Shown here: in pieces, positions 48,774 to 58,086 of the stretch
Layout of the letters: each line of letters begins with the position of its first letter
How positions within the stretch are numbered: position 1 is the stretch's first letter
Translations under genes and position numbers: made by a program
Notes under the pieces: generated by a model
Seen by the model: only the letters and a program-made list of their open reading frames with translations
What the model was told of the DNA's origin: nothing
Database searches by the model: none
Assembly (NCBI GenBank): GCA_963765205.1
Contig: CAVXVB010000009.1
Location: 608,001 to 672,000 of the forward strand
DNA length: 64,000 bases
Reading direction: 5' to 3'
Origin: an uncultured Verrucomicrobiae bacterium
GTDB taxonomy: Bacteria > Verrucomicrobiota > Verrucomicrobiia > Opitutales > JABDGR01

Positions 48774-49798
48774 GAGCATTTTCGATTTAGATAGACGCAT
48801 ATTGGGCATGACCAAAGAAGCCTTGGCAATGGGTGGAGGTGAAGGAGGCGAGGGCTGGAACCAAAGCGGTTTGGAGGTCCGTGAGGGTTCGTGCGGCGGC
48901 TTGCCGAAGATGGGCTTTGAGTTTGGCGAAGGCCTGTTCGATGGGGTTGAGATCGGGGCTATACGGCGGCAGATAGCGCACGCGGGCGCCGCGGGCGGCC
49001 AGCACCGCGGCGACGCTGGCCGTTTTGTGGGTGGCGAGGTTGTCGAGGATCACGGTGTCGCCCTCCCGCAATTCCGGGCCGAGCACTTGTTGGAGGTAGG
49101 CGGTGAACACGTCGGTGTCCACTGCGCCTTCGATCAGAAAAGGCGCAGTCACGGCGTCCACGCGCAACGCGGCGATAAAGGTGGAAGTGTGCCAGTGCCC
49201 GTGGGGCACGCGCCCGAGGCAACGCTGGCTGCGCGGGGCCCGCCCATACAGCCGCGCCATCTTGGTGTTCAAGCCGGTCTCGTCGATGAAGACCAACCGT
49301 CGGCTGTCCCAGCTGGGCTGATCCTGGCGCCACTGGTGCCGGGCCGCTTTAACGTCGGGTCGATCTTGCTCGGCGGCGCGCGTCGTTTTTTTTATAGCTC
49401 AAGCCCAGCCGCTCCAGCCGGTGCCACAGCGCGTTGAGGCCCAGCCGCACGCCGAGTTGCTCGCGGCAGCGCGTTTGCAGTTGCGCCAGCGTCAGGTCGG
49501 GCTGCGCCGCGATCCACGCCCGCACCTTGCGCTCATGCTCCGCCAGCCGGGAGCGGCGGCAGCCGCCGATTTGTTTCGGCCGGCAGTGGCCCCGGCGGCG
49601 GTATTGGTTCCAGAAGCGTTCGGCGCTGCTGCGGCTGACCCCAAAACGGCGGCAGACCTCGCCCGTGCCTTCCCCGGCTTCGCGCGCCCGCACGATGCGC
49701 TGGCGCAAATCTTCCGAGAGTGGTTTCATGGTGGTGGCCTCCTTTTCCACCATTATACACCGCTTTCAGCAATACGTCTATTTAAATCGAAAATGCTC
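48774..49798 (-). mobile_element. IS630-family insertion sequence
   Basis: Terminal inverted repeats GAGCATTTTCGATTTA(G/A)ATAGACG; duplicated TA at a CTAG target. Confidence 0.95.
48787..49729 (-). CDS. IS630 transposase, two ORFs joined by a +1 shift at an A8 run
   Basis: orfA HTH MKPLSEDLRQR...LSYKK; slippery T8 at 49386-49393; orfB LVFIDETG, LDNLATHK and LPPYSPDLNPIE. Confidence 0.92.
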
Positions 49799-49890
49799 TA
49801 GGTTGGGCGGCGGGGGTGGAGCGGGGTCGTCATTCATGGGAGGTATTTGGGCGAGCGTGGGCTAATTCGACAATACCAAGCAAGTGTTTT

Positions 49891-50130
49891 TCATTTCTGA
49901 CGCAAAATAAAGAAGCAAACCGATGTTGCCATGCCGCAGAGGGCCAGCACGCCGAAGGCGGCGGGCCAGGTGGGACTGAACTCCAACAACAGAAAGGAAA
50001 AAAGGGCGGTAAAGAGCGGCACGATGAAGGCGACCAGCGCAGGAAACGCCGCAGCGGCCAGCCTGCGCCGGGTGCATTCCTTTTCGAAGGCAAGGTCTTG
50101 GGCAAGATTTTGAGTGGGATTGTCATTCAT
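49891..50130 (-). CDS. Small membrane protein, paralog of the IS630-disrupted gene
   Basis: Shares the MND start and SPTWPAAFGV-x-ALCG...LR-x-K. Confidence 0.7.
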   Translation of the reverse strand: MNDNPTQNLAQDLAFEKECTRRRLAAAAFPALVAFIVPLFTALFSFLLLEFSPTWPAAFGVLALCGMATSVCFFILRQK

Positions 50131-50184
50131 GGCTGGTCCTGGGTAAAAGAGTTCTCTGCGAACATGGTTATAAGTGAAGAGGGC

Positions 50185-50295
50185 AAACGCTCAACTTTTA
50201 AGGCTTAACGTTTAACGCTCAATTAAGAAAACCTGTCTCCGGGGAATAAGGGGATGATAGGATTGGTCTCCAAAAACTTAAACGTTGAGCGCTTT
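50185..50295. repeat. Degenerate inverted heptamer arrays (AACGCTC-like)
   Basis: AAACGCTCAACTTTT...TTAACGTTTAACGCTCAA and AAACGTTGAGCG. Confidence 0.5.
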
Positions 50296-50312
50296 GGTAA
50301 ACTCATGAGCGG

Positions 50313-52820
50313 TCAGGGTGAGCCGTTCTGAAAGATGATGGACGGTTGCCCGGTGCCGCCGGGCAGGCTGGTGGGGTCGAGGGCCGAACCGGCAGCGCCG
50401 GCCTTGGGATTGGCGATCATCATGGTGGCACCGGAGTTGCCAAGCGAGATCGGGCCGCCGGTCTGGAAGGCTTGGTTGATGTTCGCGGTGATTTGATTTA
50501 TGCTGGAGCGCGACAGGGCATTATTATCCATGGCTTTTTGAATGGTGGCGCGTTGTTGGTCGGTGACAGGGGCGGTGGCGAGGGCGGCGGAGGCGGCGGT
50601 GGGGTCCACGCTCGACCAATCCAGGAGGCTGTTACGGACTTGGTTGTTGCGGCGGGTGATGTTGCCGATGCTGGAGGCCAGGCTGAAGGCGGTCGCGGGG
50701 TCGTAGGAGGACTGGGAGGCCACATAGCGGGCGACGGCGGCGTCGCGATCCTCACCTTCGGGGAGGGATTGCATCCAAGTGGCGAGAGCCTGGGGGTCTT
50801 GCTGGACCCAGTTGTTGGCGAGGCCGATGATGGCGCTCATGCGTGAGGAATCATCGCCAATGGTGAGGGCGGCTTGCGCGGCGCCGGCGGGGTCGGTGGT
50901 GCTCCAAGCACCAATGATGCTCGCAAGAGTGGCGCTGGTCTTGGAATTTTGATCCATGGCGTTGGCGTCGGCCCAGGCGGTCTGGGGGTCGGTGGTGGCC
51001 AGGCTGGTGAGGACGTTGCTGATGGCGCTGTCCTGGCCGGGGCCCGGGGGGAGGGCTTGCGCCCAGGCCATGGCGGCGGGCCCGTTGTTCATCGCCCAGG
51101 TCATGGCGACGCCGCCGATGGTCGCCGCCATGCTGGGGTCGTCGGCGAGGTTTTGGACGTAGGCGGCGGCGCTGGCGGGGTCCACGTTGGTCCAGGAGGT
51201 GATGACATTTTGCAAGTCTCGGTTTTTGATTTTGGCCGGGGTGTCGGTGGGCAGGTTTTGGACGAAATCCAGGGCGGCCTGGGTGTTCTGGGAAGCAAGG
51301 GCGGAGGCGAGACTGGTGCTGATATTGTCGCGTGAGGCGCCGGCGGGCATGTCATTGAAATAGCTGGCCGCGGTGGTGGGGTCGGCGGCGACCATTTGAT
51401 TGAGGACGGTGGCGAATACGGTGTCGTGCTCCTGGCCGGTGAGGTTGGTGTTGAGCCAGGTCATCGCGGCAGTGGGGTCGCCGGCGGCATATTGGGCCAG
51501 TACGGATTCATAGTCATTTTCGCGACGGATGCCTTCCGGCAACTGCGCGACGTAGGCAATGGCGGAGGCGGGATCGGTGGCGCTCAACTTGGAGAGGACG
51601 GTGCCGATGCTGTTGTCGAAGGCCGCGCCTTTGGCGTTTTGGGAGAGCCAAGTGAGCGCGGCGGCGGGGTCGGAGTCGCTCCAAGTGTTGGCCAGGTATT
51701 GCATGAGATTGTTGCGCTTGGTGCCCGGGGTCATGGTGGCCAGGTAACTGCTGGCGGTGATCGGATCCTGCTGGGCGAGGTTGCGGAAGGCCGCTTGCTG
51801 GGCCTGGGTTTGCTCCATGCCGGGCGGCAGGGCTTGCGCGGCTTGGAGGGCGGCGGCGGGGTCAACTTCGCCCCAGCCGTCGAAGACGCTTTGGGCGGCA
51901 GTGGTGCGATCCGCGCCGAGGGGCAGGCTTTGCATGGCCGCGAAGGCAGCGGCAGGGTCTTGCCGGGACCAGGTGGCGAACACGCTGCTATATAATTGGG
52001 TGGACTGCTGGCCGACAGGCAGGCCGCGCAAGACGCTGAGCGCTTGGGCGGGGTCGCTATCGGCCATGGTTTGGATGATGGTGCTCTGGATGGTGGTGCG
52101 CAGCCGGGCATTGTCTATTTGGCCCAGCGAGGCCAAAGCGGCGGCGGGGTCAACTTCGGCCCAGCTCGCGAAGACCGGGCGCAGGACGGTGTTGGCCATG
52201 CTGGCGGGGAGACTCTTGGCGGCGGCCACGGCGGCAGTCGGATCGCCTTGCGCCCAGACGGACAACACTTGCGCGATGGAGGCCGCGCGCAGCGAGGCGC
52301 GATCCAGTTTCAGCGCGGCGGCGAGCGCGGCGCGGGGGTCGGTGGCGGCCCACGCGGCAAAAACGTCGTTCATGATACTCTGATTGCCGGAGCGCATGGC
52401 GAGAGCGTAGGCGTAGGTGAGCGCGCCGTTGGGGTCGGCGTGGGCCAATTTGGTGATAGCCAATTCGTCCACTTGGGCGCGGATGAAGGCGTCCGGGCAA
52501 TTGGCGGCGAGGTCCATGAGGTGGCCCAATTCCGCGAGCGGCGTTTCTTCGACCAATTTGACGAGGGCGGCGATGCGGTCCACGCCCTTGTATTTTTTGA
52601 GGATGTCGGCAAGCGGATTCTTCGAGTCCCAGGCGAGGTTTTTGGGCACGGTCGAGGAGGGTGCCGTGTCTTTGGCCGGGTGATTGTTGGCGGCGATGGG
52701 GCGCGCGGGATGCGCGGCCGCGGCCGTATGGCCGGGCAGTGCCCAGTAACCAAGGCCCAGGCCGAGCAAGATGCCCGGCAGCGTCCAAACGAGTGCGGTG
52801 CGGAGAGGAGAAGTTTTCAT
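50313..52820 (-). CDS. Membrane-anchored alpha-solenoid protein with about 20 DP-x-AA repeats
   Basis: N-terminal TM; WAATDPRAA, WAQGDPTAA, WAEVDPAAA, WSRQDPAAA and others at roughly 31-35 aa period. Confidence 0.8.
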   Translation of the reverse strand: MKTSPLRTALVWTLPGILLGLGLGYWALPGHTAAAAHPARPIAANNHPAKDTAPSSTVPKNLAWDSKNPLADILKKYKGVDRIAALVKLVEETPLAELGHLMDLAANCPDAFIRAQVDELAITKLAHADPNGALTYAYALAMRSGNQSIMNDVFAAWAATDPRAALAAALKLDRASLRAASIAQVLSVWAQGDPTAAVAAAKSLPASMANTVLRPVFASWAEVDPAAALASLGQIDNARLRTTIQSTIIQTMADSDPAQALSVLRGLPVGQQSTQLYSSVFATWSRQDPAAAFAAMQSLPLGADRTTAAQSVFDGWGEVDPAAALQAAQALPPGMEQTQAQQAAFRNLAQQDPITASSYLATMTPGTKRNNLMQYLANTWSDSDPAAALTWLSQNAKGAAFDNSIGTVLSKLSATDPASAIAYVAQLPEGIRRENDYESVLAQYAAGDPTAAMTWLNTNLTGQEHDTVFATVLNQMVAADPTTAASYFNDMPAGASRDNISTSLASALASQNTQAALDFVQNLPTDTPAKIKNRDLQNVITSWTNVDPASAAAYVQNLADDPSMAATIGGVAMTWAMNNGPAAMAWAQALPPGPGQDSAISNVLTSLATTDPQTAWADANAMDQNSKTSATLASIIGAWSTTDPAGAAQAALTIGDDSSRMSAIIGLANNWVQQDPQALATWMQSLPEGEDRDAAVARYVASQSSYDPATAFSLASSIGNITRRNNQVRNSLLDWSSVDPTAASAALATAPVTDQQRATIQKAMDNNALSRSSINQITANINQAFQTGGPISLGNSGATMMIANPKAGAAGSALDPTSLPGGTGQPSIIFQNGSP

Positions 52821-53078
52821 AAGCGAAGGTGATTTTGTTAAAAAGACACCTGCCGGAACCGAAACCGAACAAGAAATTCTTTTTGGACGAGGGGAAAAAC
52901 GCACTGAAAGAAAAAATGATCCAGTTCGGACAAGGTCGCGCCGTCGGCGCATCCCCGGCCGGTGTTCACTTGCAAAACATTTTTTACAATTGCCAGCGGC
53001 AATCTGCTTGCGCCGAAGTTTGCAGTAATGGATAATGCTGCGCGTCGCCAGGTTTTACCCCATAAATTTTCTTGTCTT

Positions 53079-55718
53079 ATGAATCCGCGGCGATTTTTTG
53101 CGCTGTTTGTCGTTGGATCGACTCTGGCCATTCGCACGAATTGCGCCGCCGCGACGGAGAGTCCGCCCGCACCCGCCGCCAGTGACCTTGCGACCACGTG
53201 GCAAAAGCTCATTCAAATTGAGCAGGGCATCCATTATTTTGAAACCAACAACATCATCTCGAATCGCGGCGCGATTAGAACGTTTCCAGATAGCGAGGGA
53301 TTTTTGCTTTATAGTGGCGCGGACTTATATGACCAATATTGGCCGGAATCACTGGAGAAAGAGCATGACCAGCTAATTGCCAACTTGCGCGCCCTCGGTG
53401 CCCAACGGGACGCGCTCATCGCCTTGCTCACGGATGCCGACGCCAAGGTTCGCACCCTCGCGCTGGGCGCACTTTTCGAGCGCGAGGATGGGCGCGACTT
53501 GCCTGCTATCGCCTCCCTCGTTGGCGACCACGCGGTGACGTGGCCGCGTTTCAACCAGGTTGAGACAGGCCAGGGTGGCGGCCCGGGGCTGACCGCCGCG
53601 CCCCTGAGTCAGACAGTTGGTGAGGTCGCGCAAGCCATGCTGGCGGATTATTTTCGTGCTGCAAACCTGGATCCGAATTCTTATTCCGCGCCGAATCCGT
53701 CCGATGGTTCCCCGCGTCAGCCGCTGGATAATTCCGTGCCCTTTACCACCGCCTTTGCCAAATACTGGGCCGGACGCGAAAACCGGACCGAGTGTGCGAG
53801 CTGGTTTATTGTGAAAATGGAGCGAGCCTCGCGTCAAATCACGCCGATTGAGGCTGGCTACCGGGATGACATCCCCCAAGTCGTCGCCGACATCAACGCA
53901 CTGCCACAGCCGGAACGGGCGCTGACTATGCTCTACGTCTTCAACGAAGGCTGGTGGGTACGGGATGAAGATCGGTTGACCCCCGAGGGCAACATCCTCG
54001 TAGCGCTCAAACAACTCGGCCCGGTGGACACGCTGCGTTTCCTCCAGCGTCAGCGCCTGGCGGACGATCCTGATTTGCAATTTGGCGATTATGCGCATGA
54101 AACAAACCAACTGTTCGGCAGCATGGCCAACCTCATCCTGCGCAACGCGGTGGCGCTTTTGCCACCCACCGCGGCCGATGTGTTGCTGGCGTGCGAGCAG
54201 GCCGAACGCACCAAGCTGCCGGTGAGGGATCGGGAGGTTTCGCCTTGGTGGGCCGCCGCCGCCGCCGAGTTGACCGCGCCGACCGACCCCGCCCACAGCA
54301 GCGAAATTTTGCACGCGGCATTGGGGCGCTTTCCACCCGGCGCCGGCGAGATTGGCCAGGAAGAGGCCCAGAGTGTGCTCATTGAGGCATTGTGGAAAAT
54401 CCGGGGCGCCGCTGAAAGTGATTTTATCGTTAACTGGTTCTATGATTCATTGGCTCGCGCCACGGACGTTCGCAACGGACCGACGAGTCTCTTGCGTCTC
54501 GCGCATGCGGAAAACGCCGACCCGAAGGACTTGCTCGGGGCGCTCGTGGCGGATCAACGTTTTGAGCATACCGATTGGGAAGTTCTGCGGCAAATGATTG
54601 AGGTTGCCAACGGCACCCTCGGAGTGGTCTTGGTGGATCAGCGGGAAATTTACGATCATCAGCCGCGCTCCAATGCCGCTGATCAGGCCGCGACGCTGGC
54701 TGCGTGGCGCAATGACCTGCGCAAACAGTTCGATGTGCCGGAAAAGATGGCGCCCGTTGCGGCCCAGCCGCAAAAGATTCTGACCGCGCCGGATCGAACC
54801 ATCGCTCTGACCACCCCCGCGGCGCAGTTGGCGATTTCTCCCGACGGCGAATGGCTCGCCGTGCTCGGGGCGGCGCAAACCCGGCCCGCCGCGCAAATTA
54901 TTAACACCGTCACGGGCAACACCGTCTGGGCGGTGCCCGCGCCAGCCAACGCCGCGTGGTGGCAAGTCGTCTTCACGGCCAACCCAGCGGAGGTGCTTTT
55001 GATTAATTCCCGCAGCATGGCCAGCATGGGCAATATTGCCACACAAAACCTCACGCCGCGAAGCGGGCGCTTTTCTTCCGGGGTGACCGGCGTGTTTAAC
55101 CGCGCCGCCACGCGCTTGCTTGTCGCCAACAACAATGTCTTGGCTGATCATGACCTCGCGGACGGCAAAGTATTGTGGCAAGTCGCCGATCACTTCTTTG
55201 GCGCACCCAGCATCGCGCTGGCACCGGATGACATTCTGGCCGCCGCGGGGGGCGGTGCCCAATCTGAGAAAGTAGTCACGCTCTATGATGGGGTCAAAGG
55301 AACCAAACTGCGGGAAATCACCGACTTCGACGCGAAAGTCTGCGCGATGGGATTCGCAGGTGATGCGCATACCTTGGTTACAGCCACGGCCGGGAACGGC
55401 GTGCAAGTGTGGGATGCCACCACAGGCAAACTGGAACGCGAATTTGTTTACCCCGTGAAGGAAATTCAATTCGGGACGAGGCATTCGCCAATGGCGCTCT
55501 CTCCAGATGGGCGCTGGGTGGCCGTCATCGGCCTTCCAGCGCGCCCGATGCCGGCCGACAACGATGAATACCCGGTCGGAATCTTCGACTTGGCCACCGG
55601 TGAATTGCGCTGGGAAATACGCTCCATCGCGGGTGCAGCCATCATGGTTTTTTCGTCCGACAGCAGAACTCTCTACACCGCCGGTCCTACCATTCAGGTG
55701 TGGAAATTGGAGCCGTGA
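53079..55718 (+). CDS. Secreted protein with HEAT-like N-terminal region and C-terminal WD40 beta-propeller
   Basis: Signal peptide; LLTDADAKVRTLA; AISPDGEWLAV, VQVWDATTGK, ALSPDGRWVAV and IQVWKL. Confidence 0.7.
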   Translation: MNPRRFFALFVVGSTLAIRTNCAAATESPPAPAASDLATTWQKLIQIEQGIHYFETNNIISNRGAIRTFPDSEGFLLYSGADLYDQYWPESLEKEHDQLIANLRALGAQRDALIALLTDADAKVRTLALGALFEREDGRDLPAIASLVGDHAVTWPRFNQVETGQGGGPGLTAAPLSQTVGEVAQAMLADYFRAANLDPNSYSAPNPSDGSPRQPLDNSVPFTTAFAKYWAGRENRTECASWFIVKMERASRQITPIEAGYRDDIPQVVADINALPQPERALTMLYVFNEGWWVRDEDRLTPEGNILVALKQLGPVDTLRFLQRQRLADDPDLQFGDYAHETNQLFGSMANLILRNAVALLPPTAADVLLACEQAERTKLPVRDREVSPWWAAAAAELTAPTDPAHSSEILHAALGRFPPGAGEIGQEEAQSVLIEALWKIRGAAESDFIVNWFYDSLARATDVRNGPTSLLRLAHAENADPKDLLGALVADQRFEHTDWEVLRQMIEVANGTLGVVLVDQREIYDHQPRSNAADQAATLAAWRNDLRKQFDVPEKMAPVAAQPQKILTAPDRTIALTTPAAQLAISPDGEWLAVLGAAQTRPAAQIINTVTGNTVWAVPAPANAAWWQVVFTANPAEVLLINSRSMASMGNIATQNLTPRSGRFSSGVTGVFNRAATRLLVANNNVLADHDLADGKVLWQVADHFFGAPSIALAPDDILAAAGGGAQSEKVVTLYDGVKGTKLREITDFDAKVCAMGFAGDAHTLVTATAGNGVQVWDATTGKLEREFVYPVKEIQFGTRHSPMALSPDGRWVAVIGLPARPMPADNDEYPVGIFDLATGELRWEIRSIAGAAIMVFSSDSRTLYTAGPTIQVWKLEP

Positions 55719-55758
55719 TCTGAATCGTCCGTTTTGACGACCACACGCAGCACATTTT

Positions 55759-57900
55759 TCAAAACCCCAAAGGCAACTGCATGCCGAGTTCTTTGACGAG
55801 GAAGGCGTATTGATCGGCGAGTTCGGCGATCATTTTGTCCATGGGTTTGCCGCCGCCGTGGCCGGCGCGGGTTTCGATGCGGATGAGGATGGGCGCGGGG
55901 CCGGCTTGGTCTTTTTGCAACGTGGCGGCGAATTTGAAGCTGTGGGCGGGGACGACGCGGTCGTCGTGGTCGCCGGTGGTGATGAGGGTGGGCGGGTAGG
56001 TGGCGCCGGGGTGAATGTTGTGGAGGGGCGAGTAGGCATAGAGGGCCTTGAAGTCGTCGGCGTTGTCGTCGGGCGAGCCGTAGTCGCTCGTCCAAGCCCA
56101 GCCGATGGTGAATTTATTGAAGCGGAGCATGTCCATCACGCCGACGTCGGGGAGGGCAGCGCCGAAGAGGTCGGGCCGCTGGGTGAGGCAGGCGCCGATG
56201 AGCAGGCCGCCGTTGCTCGCGCCATTGATGGCGAGTTTGGGGGTCGCGGTGTAATGGTGGTCAATGAGCCATTGGGCGGCGGCGATGAAGTCGTCGAAGA
56301 CGTTTTGTTTTTTCAATTTCATGCCGGCCTGGTGCCAGCCCTCGCCGTATTCGCCGCCGCCGCGCAGATTGGGCATGGCATAGACGCCGCCCATTTCGAG
56401 CCAGACGAGGTTGGCGACGCTGAAATAGGGCGTGAGGTTGATGTCGAAGCCGCCGTAGCCGTAGAGGAGGGTGGGGTTCGTGCCGTCGAGTTTCAGGCCT
56501 TTTTTATAGGTGAGAAACATCGGCACACGGGTGCCGTCCTTGCTATTGTATAAGACCTGGATTGTTTCGTAGTTGGCGGGGTCGAAATCCACCTTGGGCT
56601 GGCGGAAGACGGCGCTGGTCGCGTCGGTGAGATCGAGGCGGTAGATCGTGCGCGGCGTGGTGAAGCTGGTGTAGGAATAAAAGGTTTCGGTGTCGGAGCG
56701 TTTGCCGGTGAAACCTTCGGCCGCGCCGAGGCCGGGCAGGGCGAGTTCGCGCTGCAAGCGGCCGTCGAGCGCGAAAATTTTGACTTCGCTGTGGGCGTCC
56801 TGGAGGTAGGTGCAGACGAAGGAATTGTTCAGCGTGGAGACGCCTTCAAGCGTGTTGGGCGCTTCGGGGATCAGCTCGCGCCAGTTCGCGCGCGCGGGTT
56901 GGGCGAGGTCAATGGCGATGATGCGCCCGCGCGGGGTGTTGAGGTTGGTCTGGAACCAGAAGACCGGGCCGTCGTTGTCAATGAAGGTGTAGGAGGCGTC
57001 GAAATCATCGAGGAGTGGCGTGACTTTCGCGCCGGGCAGGGTGAGGTCGAGATAATAGATGCGGTTGCGCTGGTCGGAGCCGGTGGAGACGTTGATGACG
57101 AGGTAACGGCCGTCGTCGGTGACGGTTTCGTCGAAGCCCCAGTCGTCGTGGTCGGGGCGTTCGTAAATTAATTGGTCGGCGGATTGGGGCGTGCCGAGTT
57201 GGTGGTAATAAATTTTTTGGAATTTATTGACGCCGGTGAGTTCGGCGTCGTTTTTGGGTTCGTCGAAACGGCTGTAATAGAGGCCCGTGCCGTCCTTGGT
57301 CCAGGTGGGGATGGCGAATTTGATCCATTGGAGGCGGTCGGGCAAATCCTGGCCGGTGCGCACGTCGCGGATTTTCCATTCCTGCCAATCGGAGCCGGCG
57401 GTGGAGAGGCCGTAGGCGAGCAGCGTGCCGTTGTCGCTGACGGACAAATCGGTGAGCGCGACGGTGCCGTCAGCGGAAAGTTTGTTGGGGTCGAGGAGCA
57501 GGGTTGGTTCGGCGGCGAGGTCGCTGAGGGTGTAGAGGACGCTTTGGTTTTGGAGGCCGTCGTTTTTATAAAAGAAGTAGCGGCCACCCTGTTTGAAAGG
57601 CACGCTGAAGCGCTCGTAGTTCCAGAGTTTGGTGAGGCGCTGGCGGATGGCGTCGCGGCCGGGGATTTTGTCGAGGAAGTTGAAGGTGACTTTGTTCTCG
57701 GCTTCGACCCAGGCCTTCGTCTCAGGCGAATTGTCGTCTTCGAGCCAGCGATAGGGGTCGGGGACGGCGACGCCGAAGTAAGTGTCCACCTGGTTGGTGG
57801 TGCGGGTCGCGGGGTAGGAGAGGGGCATGGCGGAATCGGCGCAGCCGGCAAGGAGGGCCAGGCACGCCGCGGGGAGGGTGCAACGCAAGGTGGGGCGCAT
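55759..57900 (-). CDS. Prolyl oligopeptidase (S9A), lipoprotein
   Basis: [19 protein letters not shown] nucleophile, DHDDRV and RAGHG motifs. Confidence 0.95.
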   Translation of the reverse strand: MRPTLRCTLPAACLALLAGCADSAMPLSYPATRTTNQVDTYFGVAVPDPYRWLEDDNSPETKAWVEAENKVTFNFLDKIPGRDAIRQRLTKLWNYERFSVPFKQGGRYFFYKNDGLQNQSVLYTLSDLAAEPTLLLDPNKLSADGTVALTDLSVSDNGTLLAYGLSTAGSDWQEWKIRDVRTGQDLPDRLQWIKFAIPTWTKDGTGLYYSRFDEPKNDAELTGVNKFQKIYYHQLGTPQSADQLIYERPDHDDWGFDETVTDDGRYLVINVSTGSDQRNRIYYLDLTLPGAKVTPLLDDFDASYTFIDNDGPVFWFQTNLNTPRGRIIAIDLAQPARANWRELIPEAPNTLEGVSTLNNSFVCTYLQDAHSEVKIFALDGRLQRELALPGLGAAEGFTGKRSDTETFYSYTSFTTPRTIYRLDLTDATSAVFRQPKVDFDPANYETIQVLYNSKDGTRVPMFLTYKKGLKLDGTNPTLLYGYGGFDINLTPYFSVANLVWLEMGGVYAMPNLRGGGEYGEGWHQAGMKLKKQNVFDDFIAAAQWLIDHHYTATPKLAINGASNGGLLIGACLTQRPDLFGAALPDVGVMDMLRFNKFTIGWAWTSDYGSPDDNADDFKALYAYSPLHNIHPGATYPPTLITTGDHDDRVVPAHSFKFAATLQKDQAGPAPILIRIETRAGHGGGKPMDKMIAELADQYAFLVKELGMQLPLGF

Positions 57901-58086
57901 GACGACGAGAATGCAGAGTCCACGCGGGTGGTCAAAACATCGTGCAAGGGGGCGAAACTATTTTTTGGTCGAATGAGAATGGATGCGAAGAATGGGAGGA
58001 ATAGGCTGGATGGGCATGAGTGTAGCTAACCCTTAAGCCTGCCGGAATGGTGGCTTTCTGCGCCGCCTTCATTTCTTTTGGCCGGA

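Larger units (their letters stand above)
48532..49837 (-). pseudogene. Small two-TM membrane protein gene interrupted by IS630
   Basis: Removing the IS and one TA restores an open frame: MNDDPAPPPPPNL|GTPPEPPKCSRGNWWAKVPRP...SPTWPAAFGVTALCGLVAFIAFLLLRKKQ*. Confidence 0.8.
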
